A program made the position numbers and the translations under genes. The notes below the pieces were generated by a model. The model saw nothing but the letters and a program-made list of their open reading frames with translations, was not told the origin of the DNA and did no database searches. From Paragordius varius (taxonomy: Eukaryota > Animalia > Nematomorpha), in assembly GCA_964247055.1 (NCBI GenBank), contig OZ176051.1:5208001-5272000 (forward strand): DNA of 64,000 nt. Reading direction: 5' to 3'. Numbering within the stretch: the first letter of the stretch is position 1; each line of letters starts with the position of its first letter. This document shows, in pieces, positions 27,001 to 40,300 of this stretch.

Positions 27001-27144
27001 GGTGCTAAGAAAACACCGGTTGGAGAAAAACCAGGCACACCCCCTCCACCACCCGAATCCCCTAGGAGTGAAAGTCCAGCCGGAGAGGAGTCTGAAGAGG
27101 AAATGGAAGTTGAATTAGAGGACGAAGAAGAGGAGGAAGAATAG
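24025..27144 (+). CDS. Fim: Plastin/fimbrin (four CH domains, ABD1+ABD2) with an acidic Pro-rich C-terminal tail; 5' exon(s) not identified
   Basis: Exons 24025-24444, 24587-25240, 25595-25869, 26229-26370, 26619-26730 and 26984-27144 are GT-AG and phase-consistent (1764 nt). Plastin motifs: HS..EEETAYVNWIN, DGIILCKLVN..QPNTIDERTLN, ENLNLAVNSARAIG, EKILLRWVN, LAFVANLFN, ETREEKTLRNWVNSMG, ALPEDVLELKPKMVMTIFASLM. Confidence 0.95.
25261..25514. mobile_element. hAT-type MITE in a plastin intron; short relative of the 30768-33259 element
   Basis: Termini ttgaggcgtagg / gctgcgcctcag. The left half matches 30768-30925 and the right half matches 33160-33259. Contains a long G run. No clear TSD. Confidence 0.65.
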
Positions 27145-27968
27145 ATAGTTTTACTTGCATTTAACCTAATGCTCCTAAATGTCGTCTCAATCCTTGATAT
27201 AAAAATATAATTAATGTTTTAAGTCAAACATATCCATCATTCTTATTTATGTGAGAAAATAAATGTTTTTAATCATCAATCTTATATTCCCAATGTGTGT
27301 CCGAACAACTCTTAAAACTATAGTTAATATATATACCCATGTATATAATCTTAAAACTCCGCGTTTGAAATGGCGAATGAATTCTAAATAAAGCCTCTTC
27401 ATGAATTGGCCAATATAACAAATTTTACATAAGTGACAAAAATGACACAAAATCATTCACATAGAGATTAAACACAAATCCATGTACAATGTTTGTGGCT
27501 AAAGTAATGAATTAGCCGAAGAATCCGTAAAGCCCATATGATACTTCAAAAAATACCCCAAAAAAAACCGAATATTCTATTTTATCTCCAAATTTTTATT
27601 GCTAAAACGGTTAAACTTTCACATTTATAAAAACATAATAACCATTGAAATAGCTCCATTAGTTTTTAGGTTTTTAATTATATAATGACATTAAAAAATG
27701 GGTTAGTTTAAAATGATAAGATTCTTGTATTTCATCTGGCACATCTTACTTATTGCGAGTTTTAATAGCAAGTGGTGAAAATTCCTACATAAATTAGCCA
27801 AACCGAAACACACTTATTAAAAAGTAGGAGGCCTTTTTTATCAAAATATAAGATTTTTTTAACTAACCCAAAAGGTCAGCACTTTGCAAATCCCACTCTT
27901 TACATTTACGCTCTCAACTACTCCTGCGCCACACTTAATTCATTTCACATTTTTAGTTTATTGGTATA

Positions 27969-28157
27969 CAGTATGAGTAAGTATACATTGCTAGAAAGTT
28001 ATATTATTGCCAAATAGCATAAACAACAAAGGCAGTATTATTGGCTTATAGTTATTTTTCACTTTTTACTATTATTCGCCAATAATAATTCTCTTTGCTG
28101 CATATGCTATTTGGCAATAAATAATAGCTTTTTAGCAATATATACTTATTCATACTG
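27969..28157. mobile_element. Foldback MITE, TA-flanked, TIR CAGTATGA(G/A)TAAGTATA
   Basis: Inverted arms of ~65 bp (attgccaaatagcata.../...tatgctatttggcaat). A second copy lies at 36386. Confidence 0.8.
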
Positions 28158-28391
28158 TAAATCGCATAAAAATAATATAAATTACATATTATAAAATAAT
28201 ATTAATGTTATTATTTCGGCAAATAAAACATATAGTCTATAACTGTTAAAGCTACTTATATATTAATAATGTATTTATTACGTATTGCTTTGAAATATGG
28301 TATGAATAAATTTTTGGAATGTTTTTTTAGCTACAATATAAATGCATGTAAAATGTAAATTATTATGCATATTTATGTACAAAAAATTAAA

Positions 28392-31300
28392 TTATCGTTT
28401 AGTGTGTGGTAAATTATAAATGTTGGCATGAACACCATAGTAGGGATTCCACTGCTTTCTGTATATTTCCATCAATTTATTTTGATGCATTCGGTTGCGC
28501 ATCAGGGCTGGTGTTAACAACTGTCTCACATTCGGTATCTTTTGATACACGTCAGAGTTATAAAAATACCAAGGTGGAGTTAGCTTTTCGGTGGGATTAA
28601 CCAAATTTCTGATGTGTTTACCATCAGTTTGGCCCTTATAATGGCTTCGTATCTTTTCTGCTCTTTCATCTTTCCTGTTGGTGAGACTATCCGTGTAAGA
28701 TTCGGTGTTAGCTACATTATGATTACTGTTTTCAATACTATTACTTTGTATTATATCATCATTTTTTTCATTAGTAGTTGTGGGGACCCTTCTCATTTTG
28801 TTGTCTTTGACATTTTTTCTCAGTGGCACCTTTACCCATTCATCATTATTCTTGACCCTAGACCTAATTATTAATTTTGGATTCTGTTCATAGCCATTCC
28901 CACCATATCCGTACCCATTAAATCCCCCTGTAACTGTTCCAGCCAGCTCAATAGTTTGTGGCATGACACTTTGATCATAAGCTATTTGTGTGTGAACTGG
29001 AACAACGTAGTTATTTCCCCCAAAAGCTGATATATCAAAATCTGTGTCAGATCCACTATCATGATTATGGTCTGAGGAGGAAGTGTAAGGAGATTCATCA
29101 CTATTTCCAAATTTCTTTTGTTCATAGTAATGATGAGACGTTTTCCCATCGCTAGGATCACTGTCTTTTTTGCTAAAGGTGTAACCTGTCCAACAATATA
29201 ATTAATGTTTTTAAATACATCAAAATTTTAAACAACCCTTTTTTAAACGGTTAGATGTGTTGACTCGTAAAGAATCAGGTGTAATTATAATTTGTCCTAC
29301 CTAAAAGTTTTGGCTAATTGAATTATTTTAAATGCAACAATAGATAAAATGTGACATTTTATTTCAAAAGCTAAAACACTGCCCCTGATACTTGAGAATA
29401 TTTTCCTTTAAACGGAAATCATAATCTATACATAGTATTTTATTTATTATGGTCAAAATAAAACTAAACCTAGTGATAATTATGCAGACAATTTTATTGA
29501 TCATAAAATATCTCAAATATTGTTGGTTAGTTTTTGGCTCTAAGTAAATAATTATACCTTGAATATTTCCATCCGGACCTAATTTAACTTTGTATTCACT
29601 GTCTGGAGTTTTGTAAACCCTTTGAGATGGTGATTGTTGAACATAATTATTGGATTGACTTCCATCAGCTTCATCAAATCTAAAAATTTGGTAAAAGTAA
29701 TAAATATTTAAAAAAAAATGCGCTATATATTGTAAGAAACAATTTTTATAAAATTAAATTCATTCATTAAAATACCCTGATTGTGGTTATTTATACTGTG
29801 TTTAAACTCAAATATTAATTTTAATAAAACTAAGTTAAATTTTTAATTTCTAATCTGGTTTATCATGTGTAAAAAACAATTAATGTAGTAATTGAATATT
29901 GCTGATACTTATTAAAAATCTATTACCTTTTAAGGAGCGATTTATTATGTGAATATCTCAATAAGTATATATGATATTAAGGTGAATTTAAAATACTTTA
30001 TTTAGTCTTTTAGGCGCATTATTAAAAATTTGTTAATATAAAAAGCTTTCAGGCCACATTGTAGCAGCAAAAACTTGATATATTTTGATTTTAATATCAG
30101 CTCTTTGTTTCAATCGTGATTTAGGGCTGTCCCAATTTTAGACTTAGGAAGTCACAAAACTGTAAAAAATATAAACTTTATATCTAATAAATGAGAATGT
30201 TTGATAATTATATTTTAACTAAAATAATTTCAAAACAGTAGTTTATATAAAGAATTTAGCTCTCGGATATTAATCTACCTTAAAAAGTAAACCAGGACAA
30301 AAAAATGAAAAGGTTAAGTGTTAAATACACCATTTACAATTCAAATTCACCCTCGAACAATTCGAATTCACCCTTAAACAATTCAATTTAACCCCAAAAA
30401 ATTAATGGTTTTCGGGATAATATAACTCATCATTAATTGAAATATATCTCTATGGCATTGTTTATTATTTTTTGAGTATTATAATTTTGGAGAATATTTC
30501 ATTTTTTTGAAATAAAAAAAAATAGGTAATTTTTAATCTTAAAAAACACAATGCATTATAGGGTCTTTGAAGGTGAACATGAATTTGGCTATATCAACTT
30601 ATATTATTAATTTGAGCTCTTTAAAGTGATGTTTGCAAAATATAAGTGAAAAATTAGTTATTTTGCATTGGTATATGAATATTTGCTAAGGCAAGATTGG
30701 GCATATGATAGAAATAATTTTTATATAAAGTGATTAACCAACATTTGTTCAATTTAGTGACTCATTACAGTGGCGTAGCTAGAGGGGGAAAAAGGAGGAT
30801 TGATGCAGGCGCCATAGTTGAAGGGACGCCGGATTTTAAATTTTAATATTTTAAAAAATAGGCATTTAAAAGTTATTATTTTAAACATACATAAAAAATC
30901 ACCCATTTTTGAGTGGCCTAACCTTCGATCTTAACCATAAAAAATATCCTTTAGAATTAATATTTAAGTGTAACCAACTGTTAAATATCCTTATTTATTA
31001 TATCTCGCAACTTCTTCAAGTGCCTACCTTTTATAACCTCAGCCTGTTTATATGGCTACCTTCAAATCTTTGCTTTAAATCACCATGGTTTCAGATATAA
31101 GGATAAGATCATTATTATTGTGCTATTTTTCTTTCAAAATATAATATCGCACAATGCCACCTTTTGTGTTAAAATTCTCTAAATTTAACACTTCGATTCA
31201 AATTGGGGTATCTAAATACCCCAGACTAAATTTGAGTTAGGATTTTTAAAAAACTACTGAAGGAAACGGTCCAAATTTAAATTTATGCTTCTATCCTAAT

Positions 31301-34300
31301 AAAAATTATATAAATATGCCAAAATATCTAAATAAAATTTTGTTTAGAAAAAAAAGCTCCATGTCAAACCACTTGGCCGCCATTTTATTTTACAAAATTT
31401 TCGCAAAATATCGTCTTCATTTAATTTTAAGGGTAAAACTAAAGCTAATTTTATATATAAATTACATCTAACATTGATATAAATAGAAAAGGCGGTTTAT
31501 TTTGTATTATTTTTCAATTTTACCATTGCACGCATGTCACATTGACTAAATTTTTTACCTATCGGTTTTAGCTTAAAATATGTAATATCAAGTATTTTTA
31601 AATAAAATTTTTTATTTATTTGGGTTTATTAATGTTATACAAGTGCAAGATTTTGCCATAGTTTCGATTCATTCCATATTTTTTAAAGAATTTAATTATA
31701 AAAAGGCCTGGGGTATTTAACTACCCCAATTTGAATCGAAAGACTAAAATGAATGTGTTGTATCCAAGTGTTAAAATGATATTATAAGAAAGAGCAAATT
31801 CCAAAAAATCATGTTTATTTTTTTCCCTAATTTAGGGCATGGTACTATGTACATACATTATACCGTGCTTTTTTTTCTTTTTTCTTTTTTTGTTACCCTT
31901 AACCATTTTTTTGCTGCTCAATTGCAGGTTTACTCTTTTCTTCTTGAATTTAATATATTTCTTATTTCATTATTCCATTATTCATTAAAGATGTATCAAA
32001 TATGATTATATTTTTTAATATATTTATTTTCAAGTATTTTTAAAAAACAATGAACCACACAGCTTATTTAACCTATGGCCATCAAATATATTTTATAAAT
32101 CAATATTGATAAGTGAATTAGAGTTGCATTATTATATTATTTTCCGATTATAACGAATTTGTTCTGTTGCCTCAGAAAAAGAAATAAGATTTTTGATCAA
32201 AATATAGTGCCGTGGAACTAAAATTTTATAAAAAATGGGACAGGAACCAAATCAGAAAAAACTGACTTGAAACCGGACCCTAAAACTGCTTCGTTTAAAA
32301 TCCTGTTTTTTAATATATTAAAGCTTTATTTTTAAGTTTTAATCGTTCGTCCTGTTATAAAATCTCGAAGGGTGGAATAGGATAATTGTCAAAATAAAAA
32401 ATAATCATTTTAATTAAATTTGTTTTATCAGGAATGCATAAACATGGCGGTTCTCAAAATAAAAAGAAAGATAATTATACCGCACAAAAATTAAGAGAAA
32501 AGTTCCAATCATATTTACAAAATGCTAATAATCATAAAACCAATTCTATTTTACTGACCAACAACAGCGGCCCACTATTTTCAGATAATTTTATCCGACA
32601 ACAACACCTTCAAAAACACCACCTCTCCCCCACAACAGGGCAATATTTTTCGACAATAGTAATTCGACAATAACAACTCTGTCTAACAACGGCGCGACAA
32701 TAGCCATACAATACAGGACCTTAATAATATGGGGAGTTCACAAACTAAAAAATGATTTATGAAATAAAATTTTACCATCTGCCATTTATTCAAGCGATGT
32801 GGCATATTTAAAGTTTAATATTAATACCCTATAATTACAATATTTGTATCTAGGGATGGAGTTTTCATGAAAATTTAAATTTAACTTTTGTGACTTGATA
32901 TTTTCAATACTTGAAAGCCACTCTTTTTCGAAGCAGGCCATTTTTCAAAAAATTTTTTAGACGGGCGCATTCGAATACAGTTTGAATACGGCACTACATT
33001 TATATTAAACTAAGTCGAAATTGCGCAGAAACTAATATATTTTTTAATTACTGATACATTTGCTCAAGCCGTCGCTTCAAAGGAATGGGGTCGAATAAGC
33101 ATGTTTTTTTCACGTGATTCTTTTCATGACGAGCTCTATTTTGTCCCACTACTGTTTGAATTTGATTATTTTTATAAAATGCAACGGGTTGCATGGAGAG
33201 GGAGGGGACGCCATCACGGATTCATGCACCGGGTGCCAGAAATGCAAGCTACGCCTCTGACTCAATATGATTCGGGCCTAAAATAGCATGTTAAAAGGCT
33301 ATGATTATTATGTCGTCCAATAATTACAAACCTCCATTTCAAACAACATACTTTGTGAAAAGAAGCGATTCGTTCAGACCTCAGGTAAAATGTATACAGG
33401 TAATTTATAATTTTTAAAGTCCTTTTATAACAGTATAAATGCTCTGTCAAAATCTTAAAAATTATAATTGGGGAGAGTTAAAGTTATTTTTAAATTTATA
33501 CTACTTTAGCCTATATACACTTTTTACACTATCCGTACATCCTAGCATATATTTTCCATTATGGGGTCGTGGTAGGATAATAATCATAAGAAATGTAAAA
33601 TTTTAACTTTTCGAAAAAATCAAAAACATTAAGATCGAAAATCGAACTCATTTACACCAGATATTTAATTTTCTTACCCTTGATCCACCGAATCTGGTCC
33701 AAAGCTTCCATAGGTCGGTTCCGCCGAATGATAATGATGCCCGGGTCCATCATGTGTATCGTGATCATCGTTATGGGCTACACTTCCCTCATCCATATCC
33801 GATCCGTATGATGAGTCATCGATGGCAGATTGGGGTGCAATGGCACCTCCCTGAGCTCCGGATCCTAAACTGTAGGGAGGCCTCCCATTCGTGAAGTAAT
33901 AACCTGAAGGTATGTTAGATTGATAATGTGGTGTTTGCTGATGTTGACTAAAGGTATTTTGTGTGTTTCGGTTGTTTACACCGTAAGTTGTTGGATTTGG
34001 ATAGGGATAAACGGTACCGCTAACATAATTACCACTACCTGTTAAGGGGACAGAAGATTGCATATTTTGAGGCGCATGATAAGGATGGTTGTACCATATA
34101 GGCTGTTCCGGGGCATTATACTGAAAACTGGTGATTATGGATGAGGCTGCTGCTTGTTCGGGACCAGCGATTCCCTCAGGAATCGAGGATATACCCGGCA
34201 TAGCGCTAGAGCCAAACCCACTTAAAGGCGGAGATCCTACATCTAAAAACTCTTCTGTTCTTTCTTCCCTGGGTGGTGAGGCCGAATCTACGGGATCCGT

Positions 34301-37300
34301 AAATACTGGAGACATAAGGATATCCGTTGGTACAACTTCCCGACCAAATCTTAATGAGGAGGGATACAGACCTGAAATATCATCTACGGCTGAAACATCT
34401 GAATATTCCTCGCCACTAGGGGAAGAAGAATATGGGGATCCCGATGTTTCATAACCTGAAAATACACATAATAAAAATTTTGTTTAGTGTTTAAAAGTTA
34501 TTTGATTAAATGATATACATAACTTAACTTAACCCACTTTGACATGGCTACTTATCTGCAACAACATTCATTTATTAGACATATTGATTAGATCGCTTAT
34601 TAATGTCATTTGTTTAAAAATAAATTAATATTTTACCTTCTGGTCCGGATGAGGGATATGGGAATCCACCTTCGCTACCTGTCTCAGAGCCCGAAGTGTC
34701 ATACCCACCATAAGGTCCTGATTGCTCCGTAGGCCCGGCGGAAGGGTAGGGTGAAGCATATGGAGAGGGAGCGGGGGGTGGTGGACCCGATTCAAATCCG
34801 GGCGCTCTTTGACTCGTGTACATTGAGGGGAGCAAAGAACCCGAACCAATCCTCACAGAACCTGGCTGGGGCCTAATTTCTTCCCGTGGAGGCGGACCAT
34901 AATACACTGTCTGAGGAGGAAAAGAAGGTGCATCTACTCTAGTGGCTAAATTTAAACAAATTTGTTTCACACCATAAGTATCAAAAATGTATTATTTAAC
35001 AGAGCTTGAAACCGGAGCCACCTATAACTATAGTTGCTTAAAATCAAGCTACAGGTTTGGTTTTACTTCCACTATTTCAAGACCCACCCTTGTATGGGCT
35101 CCAGTTTTTTGTGAAGTGTAGTTGAAATTTTTTTATAAAAAACAACCAAAACCGGTACCTTGCCTGAAACCACACCGGTTCTCTTTTATTCTGGTTCTTA
35201 GCTTAGTTTTAAATTATTTAATATGTTAGAAATTATACCAGATCCAACTGTTTCTCTTCCATAACCTTGTCGATAACGCTCCGAATCGTCTAGTTCTGAA
35301 GCTTCTCCCTCCACTCTATTAGATGGGCCTACAACAAAATAATACTCATTTAAACAATTTTAAACGGTGCTCTTTACCGATGATTATAAATGATAAATCA
35401 TGCAGACATATATGATTTTATCTAGCACAAAACGAAATTGCATTTAAACCTAAAGGTGTTTATTCATATTTTTAAATAAAATATAAGTATTGAATATATA
35501 TCTAATATCAATTAGTCTATTACCAATTAAAATTAAATATCACGGCACCTTAATAATGAACAACTACTATTAAATTAATGAATTTTTGATAAAAAATTTA
35601 GCTTTATTTGTGTTACACTCCAAATTATTAAAATTTGTTACCATCAGGTCTAGAATTAGATCCTCTAGGACCCATAAAACCGCGATACGCTGGGCGAGAT
35701 ATACCCGATGAATCTTCCAAATCCTGGGTGTCGGAAGGACCTTCCTCGCTATCTGTTTATAAGAAACACACCATTATTTGACACATATGTATAACATTTA
35801 ACATTTATTTGAGTTTATGCAATATTTTCTATGAACCACGGTTAGTTGTAATAAACAGTTTGAAGGCTTATGAAGCAATCATTTTTAAAGAATTATTATT
35901 ATCACATGTGTTGTTGTTCATTTGAACTTCAGGAGTGTCTTTTAACATTTCGAATTAATCCTTGAACAAATTAAGAACGTCCTTGAACATATTCCAAGTT
36001 AATCCTTGAACTTTTCAATTTGATCCTTTAACACTTCAAGTTGGTCCTGTTGACAATTTAAGTTGGTTCTTCAACATTATTTCTATTTCAGAACTTTTAT
36101 CAACAATCTATGTAGACATATCTTACCATCTTTTAACTAATATCATTATTTAACCTAAAAACAACGTTTATAATTCAAAAACAGTGGTTTTATTCATTTT
36201 AAAATTTACAATAATAAGCTAAATTAAAAAAGTATTAGTTTTCTGTTAGTTGAAATTTTCCGTTAAACCATAAATAAGTTTATAATTTTATTGAATTGCA
36301 TAAAATTAAGTTTGAAACGAAAAAGTTGTTTTTGATTGAAGAATGTTTTTAATAAAAATATATATAATGAATAGGTTAAATATTACAGTATGAGTAGTAT
36401 ATGCTAGAAAGTTATTAATTATTGCCAAATAGCATATGCAGCAAAGAGCTTCATTATTGGCTAATAATAGCAAAAATTAAAAATAATAACTATAAGCCAA
36501 TAATACTGCCCTTTGTTGTATATATTTGGCAATAATAATTACTTTCTAGCAATGTATACTTCATATAATAAAATAGAAAAATACATGTAAAAATTTTGGT
36601 TATCTGCTAACTTAAACAGTTTAAGAACCAACGTGAAGTGTTAAAGGACCAATCAACAAATTAATAAGGGCACTCTGAAGTGCAAATGGTATATTGAATC
36701 AAACTAAATGAAGTAAATCGCTCAAATCTTATTTAATAGCGTCACTAATATATTAATAAAAAATAATGCAAATTTGTTAAATTTCAATTCCAGAATTATT
36801 ACATGAAATATTGTATTATACCAATTTTTCCTACAAATAACATAGGCTCAAAATGTATTGACTCATTATTTTTATAAAGCTGCAGAATCACAATCCTAAA
36901 AGTCCTAATAACGTATTTACTCTTACGCCCGCAAGGACATAAAACCTGTTCAAAAGTGATCAAATTTTTTCTTTGTGTGTATCAAATTTAATGTTAACCA
37001 TGTTCTAAATGTTCTCGTTCCTCCTCACTAGCTGCATCATTAGCTGACTCTTCCGATTCTGAGTCATGATGATGATCATGTGACTCATCAAGCTTTTCTG
37101 GTTTTGTATCTGATTCTCCACTTTCCCCTCCAATCGAATCAGCTGATTCTGATTCACTCGTTTCTTCGGGTGAGGTTTCGCTTTCTGCCTCTTCTGATGT
37201 TTCGGGTATATCGGCTTCACCTTCTTGTCCTTCTAAATAACATAAATATAAATTATTATTTGACGCAATTAATGCGATTTTGTTGTCCTAAATATTTGGC

Positions 37301-40300
37301 TAGGTCATACGGTTATAGGGAAACTGAATTTTTTCTTAATATTATAATCGTGCCTATCTTATCGATTACAATGGACTTATACTTACACCTTTGTCTCTTT
37401 GATAAAAATCTTACAAATATTTTAAATTTAATTTTAACGCATGTCCCTTGTTGACCCCTACTTTTTTAAACACATCACAGCCAGTCTATCCACTTCCTAC
37501 TGCCTACTTTTCGGCACATGTTTTTTTCAAACATTATTAAGGAGTTTTTTAAAAAATGTAATATTTTGTTTGAACAAAATAAATACCATCCTCCGTTTGA
37601 GCGGCGTTGACGGGAACGCTTCTACGTTTTCTAAAATGTGAACGTAGGGCTTCTTGTTCTTCTGGTGTCAAATCACCACCAAAAACTATTTTGGGCTGAG
37701 CTTTGCCACTCTTTTTGCTGCCACTAAAATTGGGATGTATATTTGATGAGCGATACTTTGACATCAAATCAATGGTAAAATGTAAAAACTTTTTAATTCG
37801 ATTTTAGTAGTTAGATTAATAACCTGTATTGATTTATGTAACGTTTGTACTCTTGTTCTGATAATTGTTCGGTAACGTAACCATCATCACCAGACCCCCC
37901 GCTAATATATGACATGGAGTCGTCTTCGGGAACTTTTGATTCAGTAGGTGATGAACCTTCATTATTATTAACGATTTGTCGCACGATTTCATATTCTTCC
38001 CCATTGTAGGAAATTGTGTCACCCATTTTTTTACCTTTCAATAACGTACCGAGTTCACCTTTATCCTTTGAGCTTACCATAATATTTTGAGGTTTTGTTT
38101 CTTTGGCTGACAAGCGAGATGTAGTGTCTCCGGATTGCGTAAGAGTTTTGGAGGGGGTAACAACTGTTGTTTTCGCAGGGTTTACATACAAATCTTTTGT
38201 TTTGGGGGCATATGTATAGTGTTTAAGCTTTAGTCCTGAGGTTAGTGACGTTTCTAGATTCATGCTAGTATCTTGCCCATCATTCTTTTTTGTAGATTCA
38301 TTTCCGCTGTGCTTTTTGCCAAATAAATTGAGTTTAGGTCTTCGGAAAATTTTTATTTTACGCCGAACATCCATTTTTTGGTCAACTTTTGAATCCGTTA
38401 ATTTGGTTAAATCTGTGGCAGCGTTTTGGGCTTTAAGTGCTTCATTTAAAATTTGGTTAAGAAGTTGTTCATTAACATCTTGTGCTTTATTAGCAGGTTG
38501 TTTTACCATTTTATTTTGGGTATTTGTTACTAAGCCCGCTTGATTTAAAGCAAGAGTTTGAGTACCATCATGATTCACAAGTTTTTCCATATTGCCATAC
38601 CCTTCGATTGGCTTGCCAGTCTCAGCGTCAATATAACGCACTTTCTGTTTTTTCTTTCGACCTTTCCTCCTTTTCTTATCTTTCTTGCGCTTCTTTTTGC
38701 TGGCTTCAGTAGTCATTTCAGCACCCATATCCTCTGTTTCATCCTACATTAATTTAGTAGTTATAGAAAATGGATCAACTTTTATAAGTAAAATATTAAT
38801 TATAAAAAATATATATTATATATATTACATCATCGGGATCCCCCATGTTTTCAGATACATCCGAGCCTGATATTTGAGCGTTCGGGAGAGTTTGAACACC
38901 TGCACTCACTGTATTTGAACTTGTTTCACCTTGGCTTATAATCTGATTTAGGCTTTCGGGTCCTATAACCTCATCTAAAATTACCAAATACATGATAGTC
39001 TTTTTATTAACTTGAATGCGTATGTTAAATACCATAAAGTCACTTGTGTGATCAGGAATATATGATAGAATTTTTTTGAAAATCAATATGTTAAAATTTT
39101 AGGTGAATACAAACATCATACCCTATCATAGTATTTATTATTGGTTAAAACAATATTGTACCTGGACTTAAATACATTGGTTTTGTAAACTTAAATTGAG
39201 TTTGAGTGAGTTGCTGTGGTTGTGGTTGTGATAGTTGATGGAAACTAGGATTTCCCATGCCTGATTGTTGTTGGTTAAATGGTTGCTGAATATAATTGCT
39301 TTGTTGTGGAACATTATAATTAGCTGTCGGCACCAATCTTATGGGGTATGATGGTTGAAATCTATATGTCCCAACTGGGTTCATAGGATTCACAAAATTG
39401 TTATTGTTCAGAACATTGGCTCTAACCAAAGAGCCATTGGCGCTGTTTGGCACGCCAGTTAAATAAACTGCTGGCGGTAAATATGAAGGATAGTATGGTG
39501 TCCTTCGATTAAAGTATGGATGAACATGACCAAGCGGATGAAAAGCATTCGGTCTTCTAAGATTAGGCTGCATATTCGTCATCAGTCTTTGTTGTCTTAT
39601 TTGATGTGCTATATGTTGATTATGTGACCCATTTCTATTCAATAGCGGGACAAAAGCCGGGGCGGGGTAGTAAACGCCCAAAGGTAATCGAGCCATTGGA
39701 TACCCCTGAGGTACAGGACGAAATTGAAATCCAATATTGTTTGGCGCGCCTCGCATATAATTATACTGAGGAGGATTGTTACCTAATATTCTATAAGCGA
39801 TATTTCTGTAAAAAACAGTTTAAACGTCCTATTAAAGATTATTTACATCATGTGATCTGATATGGTGGATCCATTAGCTTATTTAATTATCTATATTTTT
39901 ACTTTTTAGATAAATTGAATACATATAATTGTGATATTGAATTGAGTCTCACGGGAATGCTACGGCCGTGCTATGCTCTAACAAATAGTCAAAGTTAAGT
40001 ATAAAACACCTCTAAATAATATAAATAATTTCAAATAAAAAATTATTTCAATATATTTGAAAAATCATGACTCTCATTTAAATCTTGTGAAAATTTTTCA
40101 TTATATATTCGGTTAACCTTATTTTTAGGTGATACGAATTAGTTGGTAAAAGTTGGGTGTGGTTTTATATTACTCGAAAACCCTGCTCTCGTTCGAAATA
40201 TAGAAAAGGGACCTATTCAATTAATGGTCTTTGCATAACAATGAAATGTTAACAAACCTATTGCCGTTTTGTGGATTAATAGGCATAGTGCGTTGTAGCC

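Noticed and set aside
35900-36760. Degenerate ~20-bp tandem repeats with inverted counterparts (also near 30340-30410)
   Set aside because: Probably subterminal repeats of another decayed DNA transposon. Termini and TSD could not be defined, so it is not called as a feature.
36900-36950. Mini-exon GFMSLR in intron 8 of the secreted-protein gene
   Set aside because: It would shift the phase from 1 to 2 or hit a stop, and the model is complete without it.
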